Shown here: one piece after another, positions 39,323 to 49,619 of the stretch
Position numbering within the stretch: the first letter of the stretch is position 1
How the letters are laid out: every line of letters begins with the position of its first letter
NCBI GenBank assembly: GCA_045536865.1
Contig: JAZSOK010000163.1
Span: forward strand, 14,960 to 78,959
From: Eubacteriales bacterium
GTDB lineage: Bacteria > Bacillota > Clostridia > Oscillospirales > CAG-272
DNA length: 64,000 bases
Direction: 5' to 3'
Notes under the pieces: generated by a model
Seen by the model: only the letters and a program-made list of their open reading frames with translations
What the model was told of the DNA's origin: nothing
Database searches by the model: none
Translations under genes and position numbers: made by a program

Positions 39323-40879
39323 ATGCCGGACACATGGATTGTCATTCTCGCAGGCATTATCTGTGCAGCAGTGGGCGTTTGCGCCGGACTGGGCATTGGA
39401 TATGCGTGGAGAAGAAAAGTAGCGGAATCAAAGATGGGTTCTGCGGAGGCACAAGCCATCCGCGTGGTGGAAGATGCGCTCCGTGATGCGGAAACAAAAA
39501 AGAAAGAACTTCTCGTCGAGGCAAAGGAAGATGCGTTACGCATCAAAAACGACGCAGAGTTTGAAGCAAAGGAACGTCGCAAGGAGGTTTCACGTTTAGA
39601 GCGTCGAGTCATTCAAAAAGAAGAACTTTTGGACGCAAAGACCGAGGGACTTGAAAGAAAGGAACTTGCCGTTTTCGAAAAGCAAAAAGAGGCAGAGGAA
39701 TTTTGCCGCAAGGCGCAAGAGCAACTTGCCGCACAAATTCAGGTTTTGGAAAAGATCTCCGGTATATCCTCGGCGGAAGCCAAAGCAGAGCTTTTGGTGC
39801 GTGTCGAGAGTGAGATTGCCCATGACACCGCTATGAAATTGGCGGCGTTTGAGGAGCAGTACAGAGAGGAGTCGAACGAGAAAGCAAGAGAACTTTTGTC
39901 GCTCGCTATCCAACGCTGTGCCGCCGATCACGTGAGCGAGGTTGCCATCTCGGTGGTCAACTTGCCGAGTGAGGATATGAAGGGACGAATTATCGGCCGA
40001 GAGGGCAGAAACATTCGTACGATTGAAAATTTGACGGGTGTCGAGTTGATTATCGACGATACCCCCGAGGTTATCACCATTTCGGGCTTTGATCCCATTC
40101 GCAGAGAAACGGCACGGTTGGCACTTGAAAGGTTGATTGCCGATGGCCGTATTCATCCTGCGCGCATTGAAGAAATGGTTGAAAAAGCACAGCGCGAAGT
40201 TGAGCAGACCATTAAGCAGGCGGGAGAAAAGGCGGCGTTTGAGACGGGTGTTCACGGCTTGAACGGTGAGGAAATTCGCCTTCTCGGACGTCTGAAATAC
40301 AGAACGAGTTACGGACAAAACGTTTTGCGCCATTCGGTGGAGGTATCCTTGCTTTCGGGCATTCTTGCCGATGAGATGGGCGTGGACAGTACCGTTGCCA
40401 AGCGTGCAGGTCTTCTCCATGATATCGGTAAGGCTATGACGCAGGAGGCCGAGGGCTCTCACATTCAACTTGGTGTGGAAATTGCCAAGAAGCAACACGA
40501 GAGCAAAGAGGTCATCCATGCGATTGAGGCGCATCATAACGACGTGGAGCCTCAAACGACAATCGCCTTCATCGTGCAGGCGGCAGACGCTATTTCTGCG
40601 GCAAGACCGGGTGCGCGTTGTGAGGATGTTGAAAACTACATCAAGCGGTTGCAAAAACTTGAAGAAATCGCATGTGAGTTTGAAGGGGTTGAAAAGACCT
40701 TTGCCATTCAAGCGGGCCGCGAGGTGCGCGTGATGGTGAAGCCCGACAAGATTGACGACGATCAGATGAAACTTTTGGCGCGCGATATTGCGAAGAAGAT
40801 TGAGGACGAGATGGAATATCCGGGACAAATAAAAGTCAACATGATTCGCGAAAGCCGCTTTGTCGATTACGCAAAATAA
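39323..40879 (+). CDS. rny: Ribonuclease Y
   Basis: N-terminal transmembrane segment, coiled-coil, KH domain ([12 protein letters not shown]) and HD domain (LLHDIGKA). Start at ATG 39323 after AAAGGAGG. Confidence 0.93.
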   Translation: MPDTWIVILAGIICAAVGVCAGLGIGYAWRRKVAESKMGSAEAQAIRVVEDALRDAETKKKELLVEAKEDALRIKNDAEFEAKERRKEVSRLERRVIQKEELLDAKTEGLERKELAVFEKQKEAEEFCRKAQEQLAAQIQVLEKISGISSAEAKAELLVRVESEIAHDTAMKLAAFEEQYREESNEKARELLSLAIQRCAADHVSEVAISVVNLPSEDMKGRIIGREGRNIRTIENLTGVELIIDDTPEVITISGFDPIRRETARLALERLIADGRIHPARIEEMVEKAQREVEQTIKQAGEKAAFETGVHGLNGEEIRLLGRLKYRTSYGQNVLRHSVEVSLLSGILADEMGVDSTVAKRAGLLHDIGKAMTQEAEGSHIQLGVEIAKKQHESKEVIHAIEAHHNDVEPQTTIAFIVQAADAISAARPGARCEDVENYIKRLQKLEEIACEFEGVEKTFAIQAGREVRVMVKPDKIDDDQMKLLARDIAKKIEDEMEYPGQIKVNMIRESRFVDYAK

Positions 40880-40977
40880 GTCGGCAGTACCTTTGGAAAA
40901 AGAAAGAAGGGGAGACTGTGAAGGTTTCCCTTTCTTTATTTAATGAAACGATTTTGAAAACAGAAAAGAGAAGGCAC

Positions 40978-41751
40978 ATGAATATACTTATGTTGGGAGA
41001 TGTCACGGATCCGCGCAGTGTGGAGTATATAAGAGAGCATCTCTTTGACGTGCGACGGGCACGGAAGATTGACTTTGTGACGGTAAACGCGGAAAACGCC
41101 GCTTTTCTCGGCGGTGCGGGGCCCGAACTTGCAGACAGTCTTTTTGCGGCGGGCGCCGACGTTTTAACGGGCGGCAATCATACGATGCAAACCTTGTCCA
41201 TTCATGCGTACATGGAGGACCATCCGTGCATGTTGCGGCCGTTGAACTATCCCCCCGAGGTTCCCGGGGCAGGGTATACCATTGCCGATGCCTGTGGCTA
41301 TCGCATGTTAGTCATTAGCCTGCTCGGCGTGGTTGATATGGTGCCCGTTCTTGATAATCCCTTTTCGGCAATAGACAGACTTCTTGTGCGCGAGGCGGGA
41401 CACTACGATTTTGCCGTGCTTGATTTTCACGCCGAGGCAAGCGGCGAAAAAATGGCGATGGGCAGATATCTTGACGGGCGCGTTCACGTGATTGCGGGCA
41501 CGCATACCCACGTGCCGACGGCGGATGCGTGCATTTTGCCGAACGGAAGCGGTTACGTGTCTGATTTGGGCATGTGCGGTCCAACGAACGGCGTGCTTGG
41601 TATTCGCACGGACGTCGTTTTGGCGCGCAACGTGCAACGCTTGCCTGCGCGATACGAGCCGGCAGACGGCGACATTCGGGCAGAGGGCGTTGTCTTTTCG
41701 TTAAATACGGATACGGGGCGCGTGCAATCGGTAGAGCGAATTACTTTTTGA
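40978..41751 (+). CDS. ymdB: YmdB-like metallophosphoesterase (2',3'-cyclic-nucleotide phosphodiesterase family)
   Basis: MNILMLGDV...VNAENAA...GNH...DFHAE...GTHTHV motifs. Conserved rny-ymdB synteny. Confidence 0.85.
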   Translation: MNILMLGDVTDPRSVEYIREHLFDVRRARKIDFVTVNAENAAFLGGAGPELADSLFAAGADVLTGGNHTMQTLSIHAYMEDHPCMLRPLNYPPEVPGAGYTIADACGYRMLVISLLGVVDMVPVLDNPFSAIDRLLVREAGHYDFAVLDFHAEASGEKMAMGRYLDGRVHVIAGTHTHVPTADACILPNGSGYVSDLGMCGPTNGVLGIRTDVVLARNVQRLPARYEPADGDIRAEGVVFSLNTDTGRVQSVERITF

Positions 41752-41811
41752 TAAACACTTTTGAAAAATTGCCCTTTCAACGCAAACACAAAAGAACGGA
41801 GAAACAACAAA

Positions 41812-41845
41812 AGACGGTGCAAATCAATGTGCATCGTCTTTTTTA
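41812..41845 (+). terminator. Intrinsic terminator after ymdB
   Basis: agacggtgc-N10-gcatcgtct (one G-U pair) followed by tttttt. Confidence 0.6.
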
Positions 41846-42061
41846 TTGCAAAAAGCCGCCCGTAAACCTCCTTTTTATAAAAAAGAAGACAAGCAAAGAC
41901 AAAAGAGCATAAAAAGATTTCCGCGCTTCGACGATTTTTTGTGGGAAGAAATGCTATACTCAAAAGGAAAAGGACAAGCCCGTTGAACGTCTGCTTGTCA
42001 TGCTTTTATCAAAACAAGGGTTAGACAACAGATCTCAAAAGATCAAAGGGGAGGAAAAGGA

Positions 42062-44512
42062 ATGAACGCAGAACGGCAAGGACAAAAAGAAATGTCAAAA
42101 AAACCGCTACGGCGGACGAGTTCGGAGAGGACGGAGGAGGTCAACGCGCTTTCGGTTTTGGGACAAGCCGTGCTTGGTGTCGTTGCCGCGCTTTTTGCGC
42201 GCGCACATATCATTTTCGGCACCTATCCGTTGGCTTTTTCACTCTTGGCGGTGGTGCGCGGTAATCCGTTGTTCGTTTTCGTCGGGAGCGTTGTCGGCGC
42301 GTTGACGATGCCGCACGACGGATTTGTTTATGCGCTTTTTTACCTCATGCTTTTGGGGGTACGCTTTCTCTTTTCTGCACCGAGAGGTGAAAAAGAGAGC
42401 GAAGGCAGTATGAGCGAGGGGTATTTCCGCGAATTGCCCCAACTGCAAATTGTCGCCCTATTACTGACGGGGGTGGGCATGGCGGCGTGGCAACTCTTTC
42501 GGTTTGGCTTTACCACGCACGCCTTGCTTTTTTCCGCCGCCGCCGTTTCGGTGCCGGCCGTTTGTGCCGCGCTTTTCGTCGGCGTATTTGCGGCAGAACT
42601 TCACTTGTCGGATTTGTTCGGAACACGGAAATATAGGAAGGGAGAGATTCCTTTTGGCGGTCTGTCGCCCTTTTACGTAGAGGTCGGTCTTTTGACCTTC
42701 TTTGGCGCGCTTGCCTATGCGCTTTCCTTTTATAGCGTGTATGGGTTATCGCTCGGCTTGATTGCCGCCACGCTTTTTACTTTATTCGTTTCACGGCGCT
42801 TCGGTGCTTTGAAGGGATGTGTCGGCGGTATGCTCACGGCGATTAGCGTCACGCCCTTTTACGCGCCGACCTTTGGTGTCCTCGGCTTGCTTTCGGGTGT
42901 TGTTTTTCCTTACGGAACGGGCTACGGTCTGACGCTCGGCATTGGCGGCGCCACCCTTTTGGCATCGTATTTCGGCGGTGCGGGCGGTCTTCTCGGTGTC
43001 ATGCCCGAGATGACCATTTCGGCGCTTTTGACATGGCCGCTTTATATGAAAATGAGGCGCGGCGTGCTTTTTGACGAGGGCAGTTGCGGCGAGGACGTTG
43101 CCGTTACCTACGCGGCACAAAGCGTGATTTTGCGCGGCGACAGGGAGACGGACAAACTACGCTTGTTGAGCGATGCGCTCCTGTCCGTTTCCGATACCTT
43201 TCGGCGCGAGGGCGTGGCAGAGGAAAGCCCCGATATGGCGGAGTATTTTTCCATGTGCGACAAGGTGTGCAACCGCTTTTGCCCGCAATGCGCGCAAAGA
43301 GCCCTCTGTTGGGAGGGCGAGCACCGTAAGGGCGTTGAGGCGATCGGGCGATTGTCGGAGGAGCTTTCTCATTCGGGGACGGTCCATTTGGGACAAGAAA
43401 AATATTTTCCGCCCTATTGTCAAGAGGAGGCGCATATTTTACGGGGCATTCGCGCGGAGGCCGCCGCCTTGTGCGGCGGCAAGCGAAAGAGCGCGCACAG
43501 TACGCTTGTCGCCACGGAATATATGATGCTCTCCCGCTTGCTTGCCGATGAATCGAGCAAAAGAAGGGAAGAGTCGCTTGAAAACGCGCCGCTTTCCCTA
43601 CGGTTGCAAGCGTGCTTGACGGAGGAACTGCCCTCACTTGGGGACGTCACCGTACTGGTCAAGGGAAAGAAACGCCCCGTCATTTCCGTTGGAACACGGG
43701 CGATACAGGCACTTGGCGAAATGGCAGACGACATTCGCGATATTTTCGAGAGAGAAACCTGCATGAAAATGGAGGCGCCCACCTTTGAGGAAATCAACCG
43801 TGTCGGCACGCTCAAAATGACCTGCCGCCGCCGCTTTGACGTGTTGGCGGCATCGGCGGTCAGTGCGTATCGAGAGGGCGAACTTTCGGGGGACGTTATC
43901 AGTTGTTTTGACGACGAGGCGGGCGGTTATTTGCACGCCTTACTGTCGGACGGCATGGGGTGCGGGAGGCGCGCCGCACGCGCTTCCCAACTCGTGTGCG
44001 GCTTTCTTGAACAATTTTTGGGGGCGGGATGCGGCGTTTTGCCCACGGTCGAAATGATGCACCACATGCTTCGCGGACGGAGCGAAGAAGCGTCGGCGAC
44101 GGTTGATCTATTCTCTTTGGATGCTTTTAGCGGCCGTGCGGAGTTTTTGAAATGCGGTGCGGTTTCCTCGTATATCAAACGGGGCGACAATCTGTACCGC
44201 GCGCGTGTAAAAACACCGCCCATCGGCATTTTGCGTGAATACGACGGGGAGACCGTCTCCTTTGACATGCAAGCGGGGGATATTGTGATCATGCTCTCTG
44301 ACGGCATTTGCCCAGACGGCGAGGAGCAGCCGTGGCTTTTTCAACTGTTAAACGGCAATATTCGAGAGGATTTGCAAAGAACGGCACAGCAAATTGTGGC
44401 GATGGCGGCGCAAAAGAACGAGGGAGAGGACGACAGGAGCGTACTCCTTTTAGAAATTCAAGAACGCAGGATGGAAGAGGGGGCGGCGGCAGAGGCACCG
44501 CACGCGGCGTGA
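42062..44512 (+). CDS. spoIIE: Stage II sporulation protein E (membrane PP2C phosphatase)
   Basis: 816 aa. About ten N-terminal transmembrane segments, a central region, and a C-terminal PP2C domain (SGDVISCF...LLSDGMGCGRRAA...MLSDGI). Confidence 0.88.
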   Translation: MNAERQGQKEMSKKPLRRTSSERTEEVNALSVLGQAVLGVVAALFARAHIIFGTYPLAFSLLAVVRGNPLFVFVGSVVGALTMPHDGFVYALFYLMLLGVRFLFSAPRGEKESEGSMSEGYFRELPQLQIVALLLTGVGMAAWQLFRFGFTTHALLFSAAAVSVPAVCAALFVGVFAAELHLSDLFGTRKYRKGEIPFGGLSPFYVEVGLLTFFGALAYALSFYSVYGLSLGLIAATLFTLFVSRRFGALKGCVGGMLTAISVTPFYAPTFGVLGLLSGVVFPYGTGYGLTLGIGGATLLASYFGGAGGLLGVMPEMTISALLTWPLYMKMRRGVLFDEGSCGEDVAVTYAAQSVILRGDRETDKLRLLSDALLSVSDTFRREGVAEESPDMAEYFSMCDKVCNRFCPQCAQRALCWEGEHRKGVEAIGRLSEELSHSGTVHLGQEKYFPPYCQEEAHILRGIRAEAAALCGGKRKSAHSTLVATEYMMLSRLLADESSKRREESLENAPLSLRLQACLTEELPSLGDVTVLVKGKKRPVISVGTRAIQALGEMADDIRDIFERETCMKMEAPTFEEINRVGTLKMTCRRRFDVLAASAVSAYREGELSGDVISCFDDEAGGYLHALLSDGMGCGRRAARASQLVCGFLEQFLGAGCGVLPTVEMMHHMLRGRSEEASATVDLFSLDAFSGRAEFLKCGAVSSYIKRGDNLYRARVKTPPIGILREYDGETVSFDMQAGDIVIMLSDGICPDGEEQPWLFQLLNGNIREDLQRTAQQIVAMAAQKNEGEDDRSVLLLEIQERRMEEGAAAEAPHAA

Positions 44513-44677
44513 GGGTTGCAAGCACCGCTATTTGCCGAAAAAAGATGAAAAAACAGGAAAGTTTTGCACTTTGTGTGCATATAATGACAGCAAGAGTGCC
44601 GATTCCCTCGTCAAACGGATAAAAGCCGACGAAAAAGACGATAGGAAGCACCAACGTTCTCGGAAAGCGGTGGATTT

Positions 44678-44833
44678 ATGCGGGAAAACAGATTGTTTCG
44701 CTTGGCAAGCATTGCCCTCGTGTCTTTTGGTCTTGGAATCCTTTTATCCTTTTTCGTGCCGACGGGGGTGCTTGTCGTCATTGAAGCATTACTGATTGTC
44801 GCCATCGGGTGTATGACTTTTGTCAAGTTGTAG
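44678..44833 (+). CDS. Possible small membrane protein (51 aa), below the ORF-track cutoff
   Basis: Hand translation: MRENRLFRLASIALVSFGLGILLSFFVPTGVLVVIEALLIVAIGCMTFVKL. Two hydrophobic helices; weak RBS. Confidence 0.3.
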   Translation: MRENRLFRLASIALVSFGLGILLSFFVPTGVLVVIEALLIVAIGCMTFVKL

Positions 44834-45099
44834 CACGGACGTGTCAAACGGGAACAGGGGTTGGCATCAAGTTGTTGATTTATTATGCTACGTTTGTAAC
44901 GCGCGTCGCCGCGTGGACGGCGGCGAGAAAGGATTTGTTCGATGAAAATTGTCATTTTGAGATCGCCTCGGCTTTTTCGCCCGTTGTTACGGCGTTTTTT
45001 TAAGATGAAACAATCATAAGGATGGCGCATGCGGCAAGGTCTATTTGTCAAAGCGCGCCCGAACGCGTTGATATACCCCCTAAAAAATAATAGCGACGG

Positions 45100-45139
45100 T
45101 TCGCCCGAGAAGGCTTTTGCTTGATCGGGCGAATTTTTT
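45100..45139 (+). terminator. Intrinsic terminator with no annotated upstream gene
   Basis: ttcgcccga-N16-tcgggcgaa followed by tttttt. Confidence 0.65.
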
Positions 45140-45171
45140 GTGCTTTCTTTTTAATTAAAAAGCATTGCATG

Positions 45172-45200
45172 TTGACAAACGGGGGCGGTTGATGTATAAT
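45172..45200 (+). promoter_or_regulatory. Consensus sigma-A promoter TTGACA-17-(TG)TATAAT upstream of ireB
   Basis: Read directly. Confidence 0.65.
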
Positions 45201-45285
45201 AAACGTAAGAAGAAAACTGATTGATGGATTCTATGTATTCAAGCGGTGTATATGTGAAAAAAACACATGAACAGGAAGGGAAAAA

Positions 45286-45549
45286 ATGAACGAAGGAACT
45301 GCAAACAAAACGCAAGTTTTTGCTAAGCCCGGCGAACGCGAGGCGGCCATTCACGCCGTTTTAACAGGTGTCTATGAGGCGCTTATCGAAAAGGGGTATA
45401 ATCCTATTAATCAGTTGGTGGGATACATCATTACAGAGGATCCTACGTACATCACCAACCATAAGAACGCCAGAAGTCTGATTCGTAAGGTGGAACGGGA
45501 CGAACTGCTTTCTTTCTTGCTTAGGAGTTATTTATGTCCGAAAGAGTAA
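45286..45549 (+). CDS. ireB: IreB family regulatory phosphoprotein (UPF0297)
   Basis: [47 protein letters not shown] matches the UPF0297/IreB core. Confidence 0.85.
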   Translation: MNEGTANKTQVFAKPGEREAAIHAVLTGVYEALIEKGYNPINQLVGYIITEDPTYITNHKNARSLIRKVERDELLSFLLRSYLCPKE

Positions 45550-46478
45550 CGCCCTGTATACATCAGATCTCTCTATGTGCCACCTCGCCCTCTGCCTCGG
45601 AGTGCGTGGTGGCTCTCGGCTTTTTTGACGGCGTACACGTCGGACACGCATCGCTTTTGCGGCGTGCACGTGAGGAGGCCTCGCGTCGCGGGGCGATTTT
45701 TGCCGTTTTCACCTTTTCCGATTGCGGAGATGGCACGTACAAATCGGGCGCACCGCGCTTGACGGAGTGGGAAGAGCGCATGGAACTTTTTCGACTGGCG
45801 GGGGTAGAGCGCGTGTACGCGGCAGAATTTCTTTCGCTTTCGGAATTGTCGCCTGCGCGCTTCGTTGCCGAGGTTTTGTGCGGACGTTGTCACGCAAAGA
45901 CGGCCGTTTGCGGCTTTAATTTCCGTTTTGGCAAGGGCGCTTCGGCGGGCGCGGACGAACTTGCACGGTTGATGCAACAAAACGGGGGAGATTGCTTTGT
46001 CCTACCGCCGCTTGAATCGGAGGGGATTGCCGTCAGTTCGACTGCCATTCGTGACGCCATTGAAACGGGCAATCTTCGGCAGGCAACCGCCATGCTCGGC
46101 CGTCCGTTTTCTATCAATTTTCCCGTTATTCACGGCAAGATGCTCGGGCGCTCTATCGGCGTGCCGACCATCAACCAAACCTTTCCGCTTGGCTTTGTGA
46201 TTCCCCGTCACGGCGTTTATGCGTGCGTTTGCACAATTGACGGACAGATGCATCCTGCCGTGTCGAACGTGGGGGTAAGACCAACGGTGGAGGACGATGC
46301 CAACGTTAATTGCGAGAGCCATATTCTCGATTTTGACGGATGGTTGTACGGCCGCCGTGTCAGAATTGCTTTTTTACACTACTTGCGCGAGGAAAGACAG
46401 TTTTCCACGTTGGATGCGCTTGTGGCACAAATCCATTTGGACATTGCCGAAACGCGCAAATATTTTATGGAGATTTGA
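45534..46478 (+). CDS. ribF: Bifunctional riboflavin kinase / FAD synthetase
   Basis: [16 protein letters not shown] in the N-terminal FMN adenylyltransferase domain. C-terminal riboflavin kinase domain ([10 protein letters not shown]...VGVRPT). Confidence 0.9.
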   Translation: MSERVTPCIHQISLCATSPSASECVVALGFFDGVHVGHASLLRRAREEASRRGAIFAVFTFSDCGDGTYKSGAPRLTEWEERMELFRLAGVERVYAAEFLSLSELSPARFVAEVLCGRCHAKTAVCGFNFRFGKGASAGADELARLMQQNGGDCFVLPPLESEGIAVSSTAIRDAIETGNLRQATAMLGRPFSINFPVIHGKMLGRSIGVPTINQTFPLGFVIPRHGVYACVCTIDGQMHPAVSNVGVRPTVEDDANVNCESHILDFDGWLYGRRVRIAFLHYLREERQFSTLDALVAQIHLDIAETRKYFMEI

Positions 46479-46532
46479 ACGGAACATCCGTTCACCTGCT
46501 CGGTCGCCGAGGGCGACAGAAAAGAGGTTTTT

Positions 46533-47486
46533 ATGTCAGAGAATACAAGCAATAGAGAAGAAACCGTGCAGAGTACCGATTGGACGAAGGTGACGGTCGA
46601 AGGTAAGCGCGCGATTTTAGACGATATCGTAGCCGTCATGAGCATGCTTGATAACGGACTGATGATCGAAGATTACAGTGATATCGAATTAAACGGCATG
46701 TACGGCGAGTTGATTGACGAAAGCATTTTGAATGCGGACAAGGATACGGTGCGCGTGTCCCTCTTCGTGCCGGCGGAAAAGTCGCTTCCCGAATATTTGC
46801 AATTCTTAAAGGAACGGTTTTCCACACTTTCTCTTGATACAAATATTGCTTGCGAGGGTCTTTGTGAGGAGGATTGGGCGGAGTCCTGGAAAAAGTATTA
46901 CAAGCCCGTGCATATTGGGCGCGTGACGGTTGTGCCCGCATGGGAGGAATACGCGCCGACTGCGGGCGAGGTCATCATTCGGATGGACCCCGGCATGGCG
47001 TTTGGCACGGGAACGCACGAAACGACAAGACTGGTTATGCAACTTTTGGAAGAAGAGGTGCGCGGCGGCGAGCGTGTTTTGGACATTGGTTGCGGAAGCG
47101 GTATTCTCTCACTTTGCGCCGCAAAACTTGGCGCTTCGTCCTGCGCCGCATACGATATTGATCCCGTTGCCGTGCGCGTTGCCAAGGATAACATTGCCTC
47201 GGACGGCGCACAAAACATTACCTGCGGCGTGTCTGATTTGTTACACGGCGTGGATCTGTCGTGTGGCAAATTCGATCTTGTTTTGGCAAACATTGTTGCC
47301 GACATCATTTTGCGCTTGGCACCGGATTTGCACACGGTGTTGACACCCGGTGCGCGCGTCATTCTTTCGGGCATTATCGAGGGGCGTGTGAACGATATTT
47401 TGGGGGCGATGGAGGCAAACGGATACCGCCTGCTTCGCACGGCATCGGAACGCGATTGGTACGCGCTTCTCGTTGAAAAGATTTGA
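46533..47486 (+). CDS. prmA: Ribosomal protein L11 methyltransferase
   Basis: DPGMAFGTGTHETT and VLDIGCGSGILS motifs. Confidence 0.92.
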   Translation: MSENTSNREETVQSTDWTKVTVEGKRAILDDIVAVMSMLDNGLMIEDYSDIELNGMYGELIDESILNADKDTVRVSLFVPAEKSLPEYLQFLKERFSTLSLDTNIACEGLCEEDWAESWKKYYKPVHIGRVTVVPAWEEYAPTAGEVIIRMDPGMAFGTGTHETTRLVMQLLEEEVRGGERVLDIGCGSGILSLCAAKLGASSCAAYDIDPVAVRVAKDNIASDGAQNITCGVSDLLHGVDLSCGKFDLVLANIVADIILRLAPDLHTVLTPGARVILSGIIEGRVNDILGAMEANGYRLLRTASERDWYALLVEKI

Positions 47487-47498
47487 GTGGAGGAAACT

Positions 47499-48233
47499 AT
47501 GCCGAGATTTTTTGTGTCTGACCTTGGGGAGGCAGAAAAAACCATATCTATTGTCGGCGAGGATGCACGGCACATCGCCCTATCCTTGCGGATGGCATGC
47601 GGCGATTTTTTGACACTTTCCGACGGTCGCGGACGGGATTATTCCTGCCGCCTAACGAGCATCACGCCCGACCGTGTCGTGGCAGAGGTCCTTTCTTCTG
47701 CTCCGTCTGCAACGGAATCCCCCGTTTGTATCACACTTTATCAGGCGTTCCCCAAGGGTGACAAGTTGGATACCATTGTGCAAAAGGCGGTGGAACTGGG
47801 CGCGTCTTCAATCGTGCCTTTTTCTTCACAGTTTTGCGTTCGCCGTCCGACAGAGGAGCGATCCGCGCGTCAAGGTGCGCGCTTGTCGCGCATTGCCGAG
47901 GAGGCGGCAAAACAGACGGGAAGAGGTGTCATCCCCACACTTGGCGCGAAGCTTTCCTTTGAGGACATGCTCGTTTCGGCGGCACGGTCGGAACTTGCGC
48001 TTTTTTGTTACGAGGCCGAGGGCACGCGGCCCTTGCCCGCATGCTTGCCCGAAAAAATGCCACAAACGATATCCGTCGTCATTGGCTCGGAGGGCGGCTT
48101 TTCTTTGGAGGAGGCGAAACGCGCACAGGATGCAGGGCTAACGCTTTGCGGACTTGGCTCGCGCATTCTTCGGTGTGAAACGGCCTCTGCCTACGTTTTG
48201 TCTGCGCTTTCGTTCGTATACGAACTTTCGTGA
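47499..48233 (+). CDS. rsmE: 16S rRNA (uracil1498-N3)-methyltransferase
   Basis: MPRFFV..., PUA-like N-terminus, C-terminal IGSEGGFS...LGSRILRCETA SPOUT motif. prmA-rsmE synteny. Confidence 0.9.
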   Translation: MPRFFVSDLGEAEKTISIVGEDARHIALSLRMACGDFLTLSDGRGRDYSCRLTSITPDRVVAEVLSSAPSATESPVCITLYQAFPKGDKLDTIVQKAVELGASSIVPFSSQFCVRRPTEERSARQGARLSRIAEEAAKQTGRGVIPTLGAKLSFEDMLVSAARSELALFCYEAEGTRPLPACLPEKMPQTISVVIGSEGGFSLEEAKRAQDAGLTLCGLGSRILRCETASAYVLSALSFVYELS

Positions 48234-48341
48234 AAATTCCGTTTCTGTGCAATTTGACGACTTCGTTGTGCAATTCAAATAGTATGCCCGAAAGAAAACG
48301 GGACTAAAATTGTAAACTTTTAAATTTTTTTATATATCCTA

Positions 48342-48370
48342 TTGAAAATTGCCAAAAAATCAGTTATAAT
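48342..48370 (+). promoter_or_regulatory. Sigma-A-type promoter TTGAAA-17-TATAAT
   Basis: Read directly upstream of the PucR-like gene. Confidence 0.55.
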
Positions 48371-48423
48371 GTAGTACAGTATGACGAACAAAGAAAAACG
48401 TCCGTGAAGGAGAGTAATTGATT

Positions 48424-49509
48424 ATGTCTAATCGTCTGTTCCAAGGAGTCATTCACCAAATGAAGGACACGGTTGATCGTCTGATCGGTGTCATGGACGA
48501 AAACGGCGTTGTCATCGCTTGCAGCGATTTGCAACGCGTGGGTGAAACCAATATACAAGCAAAGGAAGAACTCGCTTCCGTTGGCGATTATATTGCATTA
48601 GACGGCTATACGTATCGGTACATACATACGCAGGGCAAGGGCGAGCATATCGTTTTTGTTGAGGGGACTGACAAAGAGGCCTTAAATTTGGTCGCAACGC
48701 TCTCGATTACACTGGGCAGCCTAAAAGGCTTGCACGATGAAAAATACGACAAGGCATCCTTCATGAAAAATATCATGTTGGACAACATTTTGCCGAGCGA
48801 TATTTTCATCAAGAGCAAGGAACTGCATTTTGAGGCAGAGCAGAGCCGCATCGTTTTGATTATCAAGTTCCACGAGCGCTCGGAGATGATGCCGCTTGAA
48901 ATGGTGCAGGGCATGTTCCCCGACCGTAGCCATGATTATATTATCAATATCGGTGAGCAGGACGTCGTTCTTATAAAGGACGTTGAGCCTGACTGTGATA
49001 TGCAGGAAATCGAGTCGTTGGCAGAAACCATTTCCGAGACGCTGAGCACCGAGTTTTATATGAGAGTTTCCATCGGCATCAGTACCGTTGCCGATACGTT
49101 GAAGGATTTGGCACGTGCTTATAAGGAAGCACGCGTTGCCCTTGAAGTTGGCAAGGTCTTCGATACGGAAAAGACCATTATCAGTTATGAAAACCTGGGC
49201 ATTGGCCGCTTGGTTTACCAACTTCCTACCACACTTTGCGAAATCTTTTTGCAAGAGGTGTTCAAGCGCGGCTCGTTAGAAGCGCTTGACCGCGAAACCC
49301 TGATGACGGTGCAGAGCTTCTTTGAAAACAATCTGAACGTTTCCGAAACGTCGAGAAAATTGTTCGTTCACCGCAACACACTTGTATATCGTCTTGAAAA
49401 AATCCGCAAACTAACAGGACTGGATTTGCGCGAATTTGATCACGCCGTTACCTTTAAGGTGGCGCTTATGGTCAAGAAGTATTTGACAAACCGTCCTACA
49501 AAATTCTGA
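48424..49509 (+). CDS. PucR/CdaR-family transcriptional regulator
   Basis: C-terminal PucR HTH NLNVSETSRKLFVHRNTLVYRLEKIRKLTGLD. N-terminal CdaR-like sensory region. Confidence 0.8.
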   Translation: MSNRLFQGVIHQMKDTVDRLIGVMDENGVVIACSDLQRVGETNIQAKEELASVGDYIALDGYTYRYIHTQGKGEHIVFVEGTDKEALNLVATLSITLGSLKGLHDEKYDKASFMKNIMLDNILPSDIFIKSKELHFEAEQSRIVLIIKFHERSEMMPLEMVQGMFPDRSHDYIINIGEQDVVLIKDVEPDCDMQEIESLAETISETLSTEFYMRVSIGISTVADTLKDLARAYKEARVALEVGKVFDTEKTIISYENLGIGRLVYQLPTTLCEIFLQEVFKRGSLEALDRETLMTVQSFFENNLNVSETSRKLFVHRNTLVYRLEKIRKLTGLDLREFDHAVTFKVALMVKKYLTNRPTKF

Positions 49510-49538
49510 TATTGTCGGCATTGGCCGATCTCTTTGTC

Positions 49539-49572
49539 GCCCGTCCGCCGTGCATATGCACGGCGGACGGGC
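49539..49572 (+). terminator. Strong hairpin after the regulator gene
   Basis: gcccgtccgccgtgcat-atgcacggcggacgggc forms a perfect palindromic stem. The downstream T-run is weak. Confidence 0.5.
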
Positions 49573-49619
49573 AAAAGAGTTGATGGGTTTTTCCCTTTTT
49601 TGAGAAAGTAGGTGTCCCA

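Noticed and set aside
39596-40828. 410-aa minus-strand ORF inside rny
   Set aside because: It is an antisense shadow of a well-supported RNase Y gene.
41926-41960. Spo0A box (TTCGACG) plus TATACT as the spoIIE promoter
   Set aside because: It is a single 7-mer with one mismatch, too weak to call as a feature without a matrix scan or comparative data.
44611-45051. 146-aa minus-strand ORF downstream of spoIIE
   Set aside because: It has a highly basic, odd composition with no RBS. It is antisense to a more plausible small membrane ORF and runs through a plus-strand hairpin. It is probably non-coding.
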